Part shown: piece after piece, positions 29,858 to 39,549 of the stretch | How the letters are laid out: the number at the start of each line of letters is the position of its first letter | Numbering within the stretch: position 1 is the stretch's first letter | Assembly (NCBI GenBank): GCA_963741955.1 | Contig: CAVUKB010000007.1 | Location: 608,001 to 672,000, forward strand | Direction: 5' to 3' | Length of the DNA: 64,000 nucleotides | Origin: an uncultured Acidobacteriota bacterium | Lineage (GTDB): Bacteria > Acidobacteriota > Thermoanaerobaculia > Gp7-AA8 | Position numbers and translations under genes: made by a program | The notes under the pieces: generated by a model | The model's input: only the letters and a program-made list of their open reading frames with translations | What the model was told of the DNA's origin: nothing | Database searches by the model: none

Positions 29858-32251
29858 ATGAAATCGCGCGTCTTCATCCTGATCCTGATCGTCCTGGTGA
29901 TTGCGGGACTCGCCGTCGTCCATTTTCGCTACCAGCCCGAGGGGATGGCGCGCCTGATCCGCAGCGGCGACGATCTCCGGGTCGTCACGGCCCGTATCGG
30001 TTGGGCGCCGCTGTATCTCGGGACGAGCAGCCTCGTGCAGCTCCGTAACGGCGAGAAGCTCGCGTATGCGGAGAGCTTTCCGGTGGAAGGAGGAACCGGG
30101 GCGGAGTACACGGCGGATGTCTCGTTCGGGTACGACGCGCCGAGGACCATTCCTCCTTCATGGGGGAGCGGATCGTTCAGCGATGTGCTCTCGCGGCACG
30201 TCCGCCAACTCGTCGCGCGATGGGCCGCCGCACAGCCGCTCACGACTGTCACCTCAGATTCTCGTGCGGCGGGACGACGGGCGGAAGAAGCGATCGCGCC
30301 ACAGTTGAGCGGCGACGGGATTCAGACCCAGGGGCTCACCATCCGGCTGCAGGTCCCCGACGCGCTCGCCGCGGTGAAGAACATCCCCGAGGTGACTGCA
30401 GCTGCGAAGACGTCGCGGAAGGTGATCTTCGTCGGACTGGACGGGGCCGACTGGGAACTGCTCGACGAATACATGGCCGACGGCTCGATGCCGAATCTGA
30501 AACAGCTCGTGGCCGAAGGATCCGGCGGGATTCTCGGCACGGAGCACCCGCCTCTCTCGCCGATCGTCTGGACCACCATGATGACCGGGAGGAGTCCGCT
30601 CGACCACGAAGTGCTCGATTTCACCCGCTTCAACCCGGCCACGCACGTGAAGGAGCCGATCACCAGCGACGAGCGCCACGTTCCGGCGGTCTGGAACATG
30701 GGAAGCTGGGGATCGCGCAAAGTGGCGGTCTTCGGACTGTGGGCGACCTATCCGGCGGAACCGGTGAATGGCCTCATTGTTTCTGATCGCCTGTTTACTT
30801 TCCTCTACAAAGAGAGCGCCCCTCCTCCGGGAGTGGTCTTCCCGCCGTCCAGAGAGAAGTGGGCGCGTGCGGAGCTCGAGCGGGTCGAGTCGTCGACCGA
30901 CTTCGGGAAGGTCCGGACGTATCTCCCGTGGTTGACGAAGGAAGAGTACGACGAACAGGTCGCAAGCCCCGACCCGTACAGCCATCCGATCAGCGCGCTC
31001 CAGAGGATCCTGGTCGAGACGGAGGTCTACAACCGGCTCGGGAAGGAGTACATCGGCGAGCACCACCCGGACGTCGCGGTGGTCTATTTTCAGGGCACCG
31101 ACAGCATCGGGCACATCTTCGCTCCCTTCGTTCCGCCGAAGCAGCCGGAGGTCTCTCAGGAGGACTACGACCGCTACAAGGAGGTCCCGAAGAAGTACTT
31201 CCACCGGATCGACGCGATTCTCGGCGAGTACCGTGAACTGGCGAAGAAGGAAGGCGCCGTCCTGATGATCGCATCCGATCACGGGTTCCGATGGCGCGAG
31301 GGGAGGCCGACGGAGCTGTCGAGCTTCGCGGCGGCCACGGCGGCGAAATGGCATCGCGAAGAGGGAATCTACCTCCTCTGGGGCGAAGGGATTCCGGCGC
31401 ACCCGGGGCATCCGGGCCGCGGTGGCGTGCGCCAGGTCTGCGCGACGCTTCTCGCGTTGAATGCCCTCCCCGAGGGGGCGCACGTCAAGGAGCCGCCGCT
31501 CGGCGGGGCCGAAGATCCGGCCACCACAGTGGTCGATTACACGAAGTACTATCAGCCGTATCGGCCGTCGACGGGCGCCGCGCCGGCTGGAGATGCAGAC
31601 GAAGCACTCGCGAAGCTGAAGGCGCTCGGCTACATCGGCTCCGCCGAGTCGGTGACCGCGGCGCCGGGAAGCCTCGATCCGGGATCGACGCGTACGGCCG
31701 GGTGGTACAACAACCAGGCTCTGATTCTCCGCTCGGAAGGGAACCGCGGCGGGGCAGTCACGGCATGGGAGAAGGCGATCCGGATCGATCCCGATCTCGC
31801 CTCCGCACTGTGGAACCTCAGCGACACGCTTTACCAGGATCGGAGGGAGGCAGACCGCTCCGATGAGCTCCTCCTCCGGGCGTTGAAGGACGGGCTCCCG
31901 GAGGGAAAGAAATTCGTGATCGGCCGGGCGATCGGATATCAGCGGAACGGTGAGGAGGATCGCGCGCTGAAGCTGATGTCGGGAGCGGTGGGAGCCGTCC
32001 CGCAGGATGCGGAACTCCGGATGTTCCGTGGGCGGTATCGCGTCGACCGGAAGGATTGTTCAGGCGCGCTGGAGGACTTCAAACAGGCGCAGAGCCTCGC
32101 CCCGGGCAACCCGGTTGCGTATTCGTCGGCCGCCGTCGCGGCACTCTGCATGGGAGACCAGGCGGAGGCGGTGCGGAACTTCCGGCAGTCGCTGCAGCTC
32201 GATCCGAACCAGCCGCGTGTCCGCGCGTTCCTTCAGCGGATGGGCGAGTAA
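29858..32251 (+). CDS. Membrane-anchored alkaline-phosphatase-superfamily (nucleotide pyrophosphatase/phosphodiesterase-like) protein with C-terminal TPRs
   Basis: N-terminal TM; GLDGADW, PPLSPIVWTTMMTG, TDSIGH, SDHGF, LKALGYI; TPR repeats. Confidence 0.85.
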   Translation: MKSRVFILILIVLVIAGLAVVHFRYQPEGMARLIRSGDDLRVVTARIGWAPLYLGTSSLVQLRNGEKLAYAESFPVEGGTGAEYTADVSFGYDAPRTIPPSWGSGSFSDVLSRHVRQLVARWAAAQPLTTVTSDSRAAGRRAEEAIAPQLSGDGIQTQGLTIRLQVPDALAAVKNIPEVTAAAKTSRKVIFVGLDGADWELLDEYMADGSMPNLKQLVAEGSGGILGTEHPPLSPIVWTTMMTGRSPLDHEVLDFTRFNPATHVKEPITSDERHVPAVWNMGSWGSRKVAVFGLWATYPAEPVNGLIVSDRLFTFLYKESAPPPGVVFPPSREKWARAELERVESSTDFGKVRTYLPWLTKEEYDEQVASPDPYSHPISALQRILVETEVYNRLGKEYIGEHHPDVAVVYFQGTDSIGHIFAPFVPPKQPEVSQEDYDRYKEVPKKYFHRIDAILGEYRELAKKEGAVLMIASDHGFRWREGRPTELSSFAAATAAKWHREEGIYLLWGEGIPAHPGHPGRGGVRQVCATLLALNALPEGAHVKEPPLGGAEDPATTVVDYTKYYQPYRPSTGAAPAGDADEALAKLKALGYIGSAESVTAAPGSLDPGSTRTAGWYNNQALILRSEGNRGGAVTAWEKAIRIDPDLASALWNLSDTLYQDRREADRSDELLLRALKDGLPEGKKFVIGRAIGYQRNGEEDRALKLMSGAVGAVPQDAELRMFRGRYRVDRKDCSGALEDFKQAQSLAPGNPVAYSSAAVAALCMGDQAEAVRNFRQSLQLDPNQPRVRAFLQRMGE

Positions 32252-32269
32252 GGAGAGGCGAGGCGACTC

Positions 32270-32516
32270 TTCGTTTGTGCTGAGGGGCGCCGCGGCACTT
32301 CGGTAGCACGGAGCCGGATCGGGACGGTGAGACGTTGACTGGAGAGACGCGAGAAGTCTGCTCTGAGGCTGTTCGCTGTTTGTGCTGAGGGGCGCCGCGG
32401 CTTCCGCCGCGGCGGGCACGGCGGAAGCCGTGCCGCTCCGGCAGGAGCGAACCGGGACGATGAGGCATGACCGGAGAGACGCGAGAAGTCTGCTCTGAGA
32501 CTGTTCGCTGTTTGTG
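32270..32516. repeat. REP doublet with duplicated flanks
   Basis: GGGGCGCCGCGGCTTCCGCCGCGG plus inverted GGAGCGGCACGGCTTCCGCCGTGC at 32389-32439; ~44-bp direct repeat at 32341-32384 and 32473-32516. Confidence 0.75.
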
Positions 32517-32551
32517 ACTCCGCGGCGCTGGCTACCCCGCCCGCGTCCCGA

Positions 32552-34222
32552 TCACAAGCGCACGTTCTCGTACGCGGTGCCGATCTCGTTGGAGACGTCG
32601 TCCCGCAGCGTCACCACAAGGGTGAAGTTCCCCTTCGGGAGCGCGACTTTCATGGTGTACTTGAACGAGCCCTTCGCGGTCTGCTCCATGTTCTTCTCGA
32701 GGATGCTGACGTCCTGGATCTGATGAGCGAAGCCGACGTTGTCCCCCTTCTCGTCGTAGATCGCGAGGTAGACGTGGACGCGTCCGACCTCCTGCGCGTC
32801 CTTCGGGACGAAGGTGATGTCCGTGACCGGCATCGAGGCGGTGATCGGAACCAGACGCTTGTCGTGATTCCGTTCGGGCGTACCGAGCTTGATCTTGACG
32901 TCGAGAGTCCCTTTCTCCTTGGCGAACGTGATCGGACTCCGCAGCGACTGTTCGAGCCGCTGTTCGTCGGAGAGATCGACGTAGCCCTCGCGATTCCTTA
33001 CGTTCAGGTGGGGCTGTTTCACCCGGACTTCGATCTTGTGGTATCTGCCGTCGCCCTGATGTGACGGAGAGTACGCCAGCGAATAGAAATTGGCCGACTC
33101 GTCGTCGATGGTGCGGATCGACTCGGAGACGCTGTTGCTCGGGAGGTACCGGCCGCCGGTGCCCTCCGCGAGGGTCAGACCTGCAGAATCCGGGTCGCTG
33201 ACGTCGGGAAACTTGTTGAACGTGTCGTCCCGAGGATTGCCGAGAATTCCGCCGGTGCCCGCGGATGCATTCGTCACGTCGTGCTGCGGGGCCACGTTCT
33301 GATGGCCGGCCGCATTGATGACGTAGATCGAGAAGTTCGCGGCGTTCGCCTCCTTGACCATCGCGTCGAACACTTCCTGCATCTCGCGTTTCATCTCGAT
33401 CATGTTGCGGTCGCCGCGGTCGTCGCTGTACTGGGCGAAATCGGTGTTCAGCTCGAGACCTCCGGTCACCAGGACCAGAATCTTCTTCCCCGAAGACGCC
33501 GAGTACGCGCGGCACGTTTCGATCACTGCCTTCGCGGAAGTCATGGTGGCCCGGAGGTTCCGCATGGTCTGTTCGCGCGACTGGAAACGGGCCGTGGCGC
33601 CGAAGTCGTACCCGCTGTTGAACGAGTTGCTGTCGAACTCCTGGCCGCGCAGCTCGTTACGCGCCGTATCGGAGAGGAGGCGCCGGTCGATCGCCCGCTG
33701 GCTGCCGAAGGTCGGGCTGTGACGCACTCTGGCGAGTGCCGCGTCGATCTCTCCACGGCGGTCGGTGAAGGGCTGGATCGTTCCGACCGTCGGCCCGACG
33801 TTGATCACCGCCCATTCGTACTTTTCGGAGAACTGGTTGTCGATGAAGTCCTTCACTCGCTCGATCGCGGCGTTGCGGGTCCGCGTGTCGAGAGAGTTGT
33901 TGTCGAACATGAGAATCGCTTTCCGGCGGAACTGATCCGCGACCTGGTCGGCGGAACTGCCGTCCGGGACGGAGACGATCCCGTGCTGGATCTTGTAGAA
34001 GCCGGTGATCTTCTGTGGCTTTCCGTCTTCGAGAATCTCGAAGTCGTCCGGCGTCAGGCTCATCACCGGACGCCCCTGACCGTCGGTGACGATCGCGTCG
34101 ACGTTGATGACGGAAACCTCCACCCGCTCGACCAGCGGCGGGACGTCCTGCGCCTTCTGGCCGAAGACGGGAGCCACCACCAGCGACAGTGCGAACGCGA
34201 ACAGCGAAGCCCCTGCTCTCAT
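32552..34222 (-). CDS. VWA-domain protein (Acidobacterial VWFA-related)
   Basis: ERVEVSVINVDAIVTD..G..V..LT.DDFEILEDGKPQKI; LAEGTGG; YSLAYSP...DGRYHKIEVRVK...VRNREGY. Confidence 0.85.
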   Translation of the reverse strand: MRAGASLFAFALSLVVAPVFGQKAQDVPPLVERVEVSVINVDAIVTDGQGRPVMSLTPDDFEILEDGKPQKITGFYKIQHGIVSVPDGSSADQVADQFRRKAILMFDNNSLDTRTRNAAIERVKDFIDNQFSEKYEWAVINVGPTVGTIQPFTDRRGEIDAALARVRHSPTFGSQRAIDRRLLSDTARNELRGQEFDSNSFNSGYDFGATARFQSREQTMRNLRATMTSAKAVIETCRAYSASSGKKILVLVTGGLELNTDFAQYSDDRGDRNMIEMKREMQEVFDAMVKEANAANFSIYVINAAGHQNVAPQHDVTNASAGTGGILGNPRDDTFNKFPDVSDPDSAGLTLAEGTGGRYLPSNSVSESIRTIDDESANFYSLAYSPSHQGDGRYHKIEVRVKQPHLNVRNREGYVDLSDEQRLEQSLRSPITFAKEKGTLDVKIKLGTPERNHDKRLVPITASMPVTDITFVPKDAQEVGRVHVYLAIYDEKGDNVGFAHQIQDVSILEKNMEQTAKGSFKYTMKVALPKGNFTLVVTLRDDVSNEIGTAYENVRL

Positions 34223-34499
34223 ACGGGTCCCCCTGGGAACGATTTCAATGATCTTTTCAATCTACCGCAGGAGAACGCGAATTCCGAGCGCGAGAGAGAA
34301 TTGTTGCAGTTCGTTGATCGTTGAACCGGCCTGGAGCGCTGGTTCGCGGGGCGCGGGGCGGAGAACGGCGGTCGGCGACCTCGTCTCGCTCCCGCGAGAT
34401 CTCCTGAACCCCGGAAATACGGTCCCTCGCTCCGGCGTTGATCGCGCTGGTCAGCCCCCGGAATATCGGCCGGGGGGACGCCGTTGGCGTGTTCTCTCG

Positions 34500-34528
34500 T
34501 TGACTGCGCCTCATCCGTGTGTTACAAG
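34500..34528 (+). promoter_or_regulatory. Sigma-70-like promoter of rplU-rpmA
   Basis: TTGACT-17 nt-TACAAG with TG extension. Confidence 0.5.
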
Positions 34529-34557
34529 GCGTGGTTCCTTAATCTGGAGGTTTTCTC

Positions 34558-34869
34558 GTGTACGCAGTGATTCAGACAGGCGGTAAGCAATACCGGGTGA
34601 CGGAAGGTCAGACGCTCCGCGTCGAGCGCGATGTGCTCGCGGGTGCGGAAGGCTCCACCGTCCGCTTCGGTGCATTGATGATCGGTGGCGACACGGTGAA
34701 AATCGGCGCGCCCACGGTCGAGGGCGTATCGGTGAAGGCGACCATTCTGGGCGAGGAACGAAGCGACAAAGTGATCGTTTTCCGCAAGAAACGTCGCAAA
34801 CAGTACAAGAAGAAGAACGGCCACAGGCAGGATCTCGTCGCGGTCCGCATCGACGCGATCGAGAGCTGA
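34558..34869 (+). CDS. rplU: 50S ribosomal protein L21
   Basis: [14 protein letters not shown]...KKNGHRQ. Confidence 0.97.
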   Translation: MYAVIQTGGKQYRVTEGQTLRVERDVLAGAEGSTVRFGALMIGGDTVKIGAPTVEGVSVKATILGEERSDKVIVFRKKRRKQYKKKNGHRQDLVAVRIDAIES

Positions 34870-34925
34870 TCCGGTCACGGCCGGGAATTTCAGTCCCCAA
34901 CCGGGGAGGGTTCGAGGGTTTCTTC

Positions 34926-35189
34926 ATGGCTCACAAAAAAGGGCAGGGTTCTTCGAGGAACGGTCGCGACTCGCAGCCGAAAATGCTGGGAGTGAAGCGC
35001 TTTTCCGGACAGTTCGTCACCGGCGGATCGATTCTGGTCCGTCAGCGCGGGACGAAGTTCTATCCCGGCGCCAACGTCGGCATCGGCCGGGATCACACGC
35101 TGTTCGCGATGATCGACGGTATCGTCGAGTTCCACGACAAGGGCCGCAGGGGCCGCTTCATCAGCGTCACGCCCTCCAGTCAGCAGTAG
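34926..35189 (+). CDS. rpmA: 50S ribosomal protein L27
   Basis: [16 protein letters not shown]...ILVRQRGTK. Confidence 0.98.
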   Translation: MAHKKGQGSSRNGRDSQPKMLGVKRFSGQFVTGGSILVRQRGTKFYPGANVGIGRDHTLFAMIDGIVEFHDKGRRGRFISVTPSSQQ

Positions 35190-35229
35190 CCCATCCGCTG
35201 AACTCTCCTCCGGAACGAAGCTCGCTCAG

Positions 35230-35510
35230 GAGTCTGCGCGATAGAATCTGTCCTACTGCGAAAACGGATCAGCGGTCCAAATCCGTCCGGATTTTCGGCG
35301 AGTAGCCACCGCTACGCACCTCAAATCCGAATGAATTTGGCCTCGCTGCTCCGATTTCTCGCTAGCCCGCATTTCTCACACCGTCTCGTCGCGAGGAGGC
35401 GGAGAGTGGCTGGGATGCAAGGCACAACGCAGCAGACAGGCCGCTATCCGGCTCCGCAGCAGAGATGGTGAGAGAAAGGCGGGCTACGGACATTTCTACC
35501 GCGCAAACTC
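35230..35510. mobile_element. MITE with IS1182-type ends, interrupted by a nested MITE
   Basis: Ends GAGTCTGCGCGATAGAA / TTCTACCGCGCAAACTC; core matches 42351-42509 and 51822-51980 plus a 122-bp insertion. Confidence 0.85.
35365..35484. mobile_element. Nested 120-bp MITE with IS1380-type ends
   Basis: GCCCGCATTTCTCACA ... TGAGAGAAAGGCGGGC matches the ends of the IS1380 at 48506-50222; flanked by TA on both sides. Confidence 0.8.
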
Positions 35511-35555
35511 CTGGGGCTTCGTTCCTTTCGTTTTTCTACGAGTCGGCGTCCATCC

Positions 35556-36566
35556 ATGTTCAAAGATGAAGTCGTGATCCGCGTCAAGGCCGGGGACGGC
35601 GGAAACGGTTGCGTCGCCTTCCGGAGAGAGAAGTTCGTCCCGAAGGGTGGCCCTTCCGGCGGCGATGGCGGCGCGGGCGGGTCGGTCTTCGTCCATGCCA
35701 GCGAGCGCCTCAACACCCTCTACCACCTCCAGTTCCAGCGTGAATGGAAGGGCGGCCGCGGCGAGCACGGCATGGGATCGAATTGCTCCGGTCACGCCGG
35801 GGACGACGTCATCATCGAGCTCCCGGTCGGCTCGGTCGTGAAGGACCGCGTGAGCGGCGAGGTGATCGCCGATCTGAACGAGCCGGACGAGAAGGTTCTC
35901 GTCGCGAAGGGAGGCCGGGGCGGGTTGGGAAACCAGCACTTCGCCACTGCCACCCGGCAGGCCCCGCGGTTCGCTCAGCCGGGAGAGCCCGGCGAAGAGC
36001 ATGAGCTCTACATCGAGCTGAAGCTCATCGCCGACGTCGGACTGGTCGGTCTTCCCAATGCAGGCAAATCGACCCTGATCTCCGTCATCAGTGCCGCCCG
36101 TCCGAAGATCGCCGATTATCCGTTCACCACACTCATCCCGAACCTCGGCGTGGTCAGCATCGACAGCGAGACGTTCGTGGTGGCCGACATCCCGGGTCTC
36201 ATCGAAGGTGCGCACGAGGGCCACGGCCTCGGCGACCGTTTTCTCCGCCACGTCGAGCGATGCGCGGTGCTGGTGCACCTGGTCGATCTTTCGCAGAGGG
36301 AAGATCCTGCGGAGGATGCAGAGGTCATCGCGAAAGAGCTCGGCCTCTACTCGGCCGTGCTCGCGTCCAAGCCGCGGATCATCGTCGGTTCGAAACGTGA
36401 TGCGGCCGTGGAAGGGGCGGGCGAGAATCTTCGCCGTTACGCCGAGCATCACGGTTTCCCCTATCATGAGATCTCGGCAGTCACGCGAAGCGGAATTCAG
36501 GAGCTGAACCGGAAACTGATGGCGCTGGTGAAAATGCAGAGAGCCGCGGCCCCAGAGGTGGAATGA
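35556..36566 (+). CDS. obgE: GTPase ObgE/CgtA
   Basis: GDGGNGCVAFRREKFVPKGGPSGGDGG, GLPNAGKST, YPFTTL, DIPGLIEGA. Confidence 0.97.
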   Translation: MFKDEVVIRVKAGDGGNGCVAFRREKFVPKGGPSGGDGGAGGSVFVHASERLNTLYHLQFQREWKGGRGEHGMGSNCSGHAGDDVIIELPVGSVVKDRVSGEVIADLNEPDEKVLVAKGGRGGLGNQHFATATRQAPRFAQPGEPGEEHELYIELKLIADVGLVGLPNAGKSTLISVISAARPKIADYPFTTLIPNLGVVSIDSETFVVADIPGLIEGAHEGHGLGDRFLRHVERCAVLVHLVDLSQREDPAEDAEVIAKELGLYSAVLASKPRIIVGSKRDAAVEGAGENLRRYAEHHGFPYHEISAVTRSGIQELNRKLMALVKMQRAAAPEVE

Positions 36567-37195
36567 GCGAACCGGCACGCATCGGCCTGCTGGGAGGGAC
36601 ATTCGACCCGTTTCATCGAGGGCATCTCGAGCCGGTTCAGGACGTGTGCGACGAGATGCAGTGGGATCTGGTCTTGTACGTCCCCGCGTACCGCCAGCCG
36701 TTCAAGAGCCAGCGTAGCAGCGAATCTCCGTTTCATCGATACGCCATGTGCGTGCTCGGTTGCGAAGACGATCCGCGCCTGAAAGTGACGACACTGGAGC
36801 TCGAACGGGGGGCTCTCTCGTACACCGTGGAGACCCTCGAGGAGCTGCGGAACCGCTATCGGAGTGCAGTTCTCGACTGGATCATCGGAGAGGATAGTCT
36901 CGACCAGCTGATGCAGTGGCGATCGATCGGCCGCATCTTCGAGCTGGCGAACTTCGTGGTCCTCCGGCGCGGTGGAGAGAGTGTTCCGGAGATGTTGAAG
37001 GGGCGGCTTCGCGAGGCCGCGACACGCGGACGCTCGGGGTCGCTCGTCGTCGCTGCGAATCGGCGGCTTCCGGTCTCCTCCACCGAGATTCGGGAGAGGC
37101 TCGGTCGCGGCGAGACGATCTCGGATCTGGTGCCGCCCCGCGTCGCGTCCTACATTCAGAAATACGGCTTGTACGAATCCGAGGTCACGATTTGA
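36563..37195 (+). CDS. nadD: Nicotinate-nucleotide adenylyltransferase
   Basis: GGTFDPFHRGH, SYTVETL, IIGED, VSSTEIR. Confidence 0.93.
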   Translation: MSEPARIGLLGGTFDPFHRGHLEPVQDVCDEMQWDLVLYVPAYRQPFKSQRSSESPFHRYAMCVLGCEDDPRLKVTTLELERGALSYTVETLEELRNRYRSAVLDWIIGEDSLDQLMQWRSIGRIFELANFVVLRRGGESVPEMLKGRLREAATRGRSGSLVVAANRRLPVSSTEIRERLGRGETISDLVPPRVASYIQKYGLYESEVTI

Positions 37196-37566
37196 ACGAA
37201 CAGATCTCCGAAAGAGTTCGCCACGCGGTCGAAGCTGCACTCGACAGGAAGGCCTTCGATCTCGACGTCCTCGACGTGGAGAAGCTCACCTCGATCGCCG
37301 ACTGTTTCATCATCTGCTCCGGAAACTCAGAGCGCCAGACGCAGGCGATCGCCGACGCCGTCTCCGAAAAAGTTCGGGAGATCGACGGAGTGAAGCCTCT
37401 CATGGTCGAGGGCGTCTCTCCCGGACGCTGGATCCTGATCGACTACGGCGATTTCATCGTCCATATCTTCACCGACGATTGCCGGCGCTTCTACGGCCTC
37501 GAACGTCTCTGGGGTGATGCTCCCAACGTCACCGGCGAGTACACCGGAGGGGACGGAGCGCGCTGA
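37192..37566 (+). CDS. rsfS: Ribosome silencing factor
   Basis: TTG start overlapping the nadD stop; DRKAFD, WILIDYGDFIVHIF, FYGLERLW. Confidence 0.93.
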   Translation: MNEQISERVRHAVEAALDRKAFDLDVLDVEKLTSIADCFIICSGNSERQTQAIADAVSEKVREIDGVKPLMVEGVSPGRWILIDYGDFIVHIFTDDCRRFYGLERLWGDAPNVTGEYTGGDGAR

Positions 37567-38534
37567 TGTCGCGGCCGGCGACCCCGGGGAGACTCTTGCG
37601 GAAGCTCTTCCCGACGCGTTCTCCTGCTGTGCGCACTCTTCTCCGGACTGCGGAGAAGGTTCTCGCGCACGACGTGAATCTCCTGATCCTCGGTGAATCG
37701 GGCGTCGGTAAAGACCAGCTCGCCGAAGCGATCCACCTCTGCAGCCGTCGCAGGACGGGGCCGTTCATCCGCATCGAATGTGCGACGCTCCCGGTGGAGC
37801 TCTTCGAGAGCGAGCTGTTCGGTCACGAGAAGGGAGCCTTCACCGACGCGACCAGCGTGAAGATCGGACGGATCGAGCTCGCGAACGGGGGGACCGCGTA
37901 CATCGACGAGGTCGCTTCGCTTTCTCCCGAGCTCCAGGCCAAGCTCCTGAGGGTGATTCAGGAGAAGGTTTTCAGCAGGGTCGGAAGCAATCGTGAGATC
38001 CGCGCCGACGTCCGCTTCGTCGCGTCGTCGAACGCGCCGATGAACGAGCTCCTCTCGACCGGAAGCTTCCGCGAAGACCTCTACTACCGCCTCAACGTGG
38101 TCTCGCTGCTCATTCCGCCGCTCCGGGAACGTCCCGAGGACGTTCAGTATCTCTCCTCACTCTTTCTGCGGGATGCGAAGCGACGGTTCAGGAAGGACGT
38201 CACCGGTTTCGATCCGCGTGCAGCAGAGCTGCTCCTCGCGCATCGATGGCCGGGGAACGTGCGCGAGCTTCGGAACGCGATCGAGCGAGCCGTTCTGATC
38301 GAATCCGGCGCGACGATCCGGGTCGAGTCGCTCCCCTTGTTTCCTTCCAGCGGCGACGCGCTCGTCACCACCGCCGCTGCGGCGGCATGGAGCCTCGAAG
38401 AGCTGGAGGCGCAGTACATCCGAAAGATCCTTCAGCGAACCGATTTCAATTTCTCGCGAGCGGCATTCATTCTCGGAATCAACCGGAAGACCCTTCTGGA
38501 AAAGCGGAGGAAATATGGAATCACCTCGGAATGA
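37566..38534 (+). CDS. Sigma-54-dependent enhancer-binding protein (AAA+ plus Fis-type HTH) lacking an N-terminal sensory domain
   Basis: GESGVGK, ESELFGHEKGAFTDA, IDEV, FREDLYYRLNV, WPGNVREL, AAFILGINRKTL. Confidence 0.9.
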   Translation: MSRPATPGRLLRKLFPTRSPAVRTLLRTAEKVLAHDVNLLILGESGVGKDQLAEAIHLCSRRRTGPFIRIECATLPVELFESELFGHEKGAFTDATSVKIGRIELANGGTAYIDEVASLSPELQAKLLRVIQEKVFSRVGSNREIRADVRFVASSNAPMNELLSTGSFREDLYYRLNVVSLLIPPLRERPEDVQYLSSLFLRDAKRRFRKDVTGFDPRAAELLLAHRWPGNVRELRNAIERAVLIESGATIRVESLPLFPSSGDALVTTAAAAAWSLEELEAQYIRKILQRTDFNFSRAAFILGINRKTLLEKRRKYGITSE

Positions 38535-38558
38535 CAGGCCTGCAGAGGGATTTTCCCG

Positions 38559-39029
38559 ATGAAATTTCGCCTGGTCTGGGTTGGTTCCATCGCTGATAAC
38601 GCGCTCCGCGGTCTCACTGAGCGCTACATGGAGCGGATCCGCCATTTCTTTCCGCTCGAGGTCATTGAGGTCCGTTCCGAAAGGAATAGACAAAAAAAGA
38701 GCGATGCGGCTATCATGCGCGCCGAATCGGCGAGTCTGATGGCGGTACTGCCGCCGCAGGGTGTGACCATTGTGGTCGACCCGCGGGGTCAGATGGTGGA
38801 CTCTTTGAAATTTTCGGAGTGGCTCGAACGGGTCACGACGACTAATCCCCACGGGGCGACATTCGTCATGGGTGGCGATGTCGGCATGGATGATGCGATT
38901 CGAGAACGTGCGGACAGAGTGCTTGCTCTCTCCGCGATGACCTTGCCGCACGAAATTGCCAGGCTGGTCCTGGTCGAACAGATTTATCGAGCATGCACGA
39001 TCATGCGGAACATCTCATATCACAAGTAA
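38559..39029 (+). CDS. rlmH: 23S rRNA (pseudouridine1915-N3)-methyltransferase
   Basis: MTLPHEIARLVLVEQIYRA...YHK. Confidence 0.93.
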   Translation: MKFRLVWVGSIADNALRGLTERYMERIRHFFPLEVIEVRSERNRQKKSDAAIMRAESASLMAVLPPQGVTIVVDPRGQMVDSLKFSEWLERVTTTNPHGATFVMGGDVGMDDAIRERADRVLALSAMTLPHEIARLVLVEQIYRACTIMRNISYHK

Positions 39030-39048
39030 GCAAGGAGAGCCGGGTCGA

Positions 39049-39417
39049 ATGCCAAAGACGAAAGCCAAGGCGAACCAATACGACGCTCTGCGCGATGCGC
39101 TGGTGAGCAAGCAGCAGGAACTGCTCGACTCCTTCGATCGCGACCGTGCCGCCGGAAACGAGCAGCAGGAAGACGGCACACAGGATCTCGCGGACAAGGC
39201 TGCCAGCACCTACTCCAAAGAGCTCAACTTCTCGCTCAGCGACAGTGAGCGTGAGATGCTCGTCCAGGTCGAAGAAGCACTGGACCGTTTCGACGACGGA
39301 ACGTTCGGAACCTGCACCAACTGCAGCGCCACGATCGGCGAGCGGCGTCTGACCGCCGTTCCGTGGACGCCGTTCTGTATCGATTGTCAGGAGCTTCAGG
39401 AAAAGGGGCTTCTCTGA
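39049..39417 (+). CDS. DksA/TraR C4-type zinc finger protein
   Basis: DLADKA, GTFGTCTNC..I.ERRL.AVPW..FCIDCQ; AAGGAG RBS. Confidence 0.88.
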   Translation: MPKTKAKANQYDALRDALVSKQQELLDSFDRDRAAGNEQQEDGTQDLADKAASTYSKELNFSLSDSEREMLVQVEEALDRFDDGTFGTCTNCSATIGERRLTAVPWTPFCIDCQELQEKGLL

Positions 39418-39438
39418 TTCGCACTTTCCGAACGAGTG

Positions 39439-39478
39439 AAGCAAAAGGGCACGACGCGCGTCGTGCCCTTTTGCTTTT
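39439..39478 (+). terminator. Intrinsic terminator
   Basis: AAGCAAAAGGGCACGAC...GTCGTGCCCTTTTGCTTTT. Confidence 0.8.
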
Positions 39479-39549
39479 GGACGACCAGAGCTAAACTTCC
39501 GCTTCCCCGCGCCGTCCGCCTCGCGTGACGTGCGTGACCTGGACAGATC

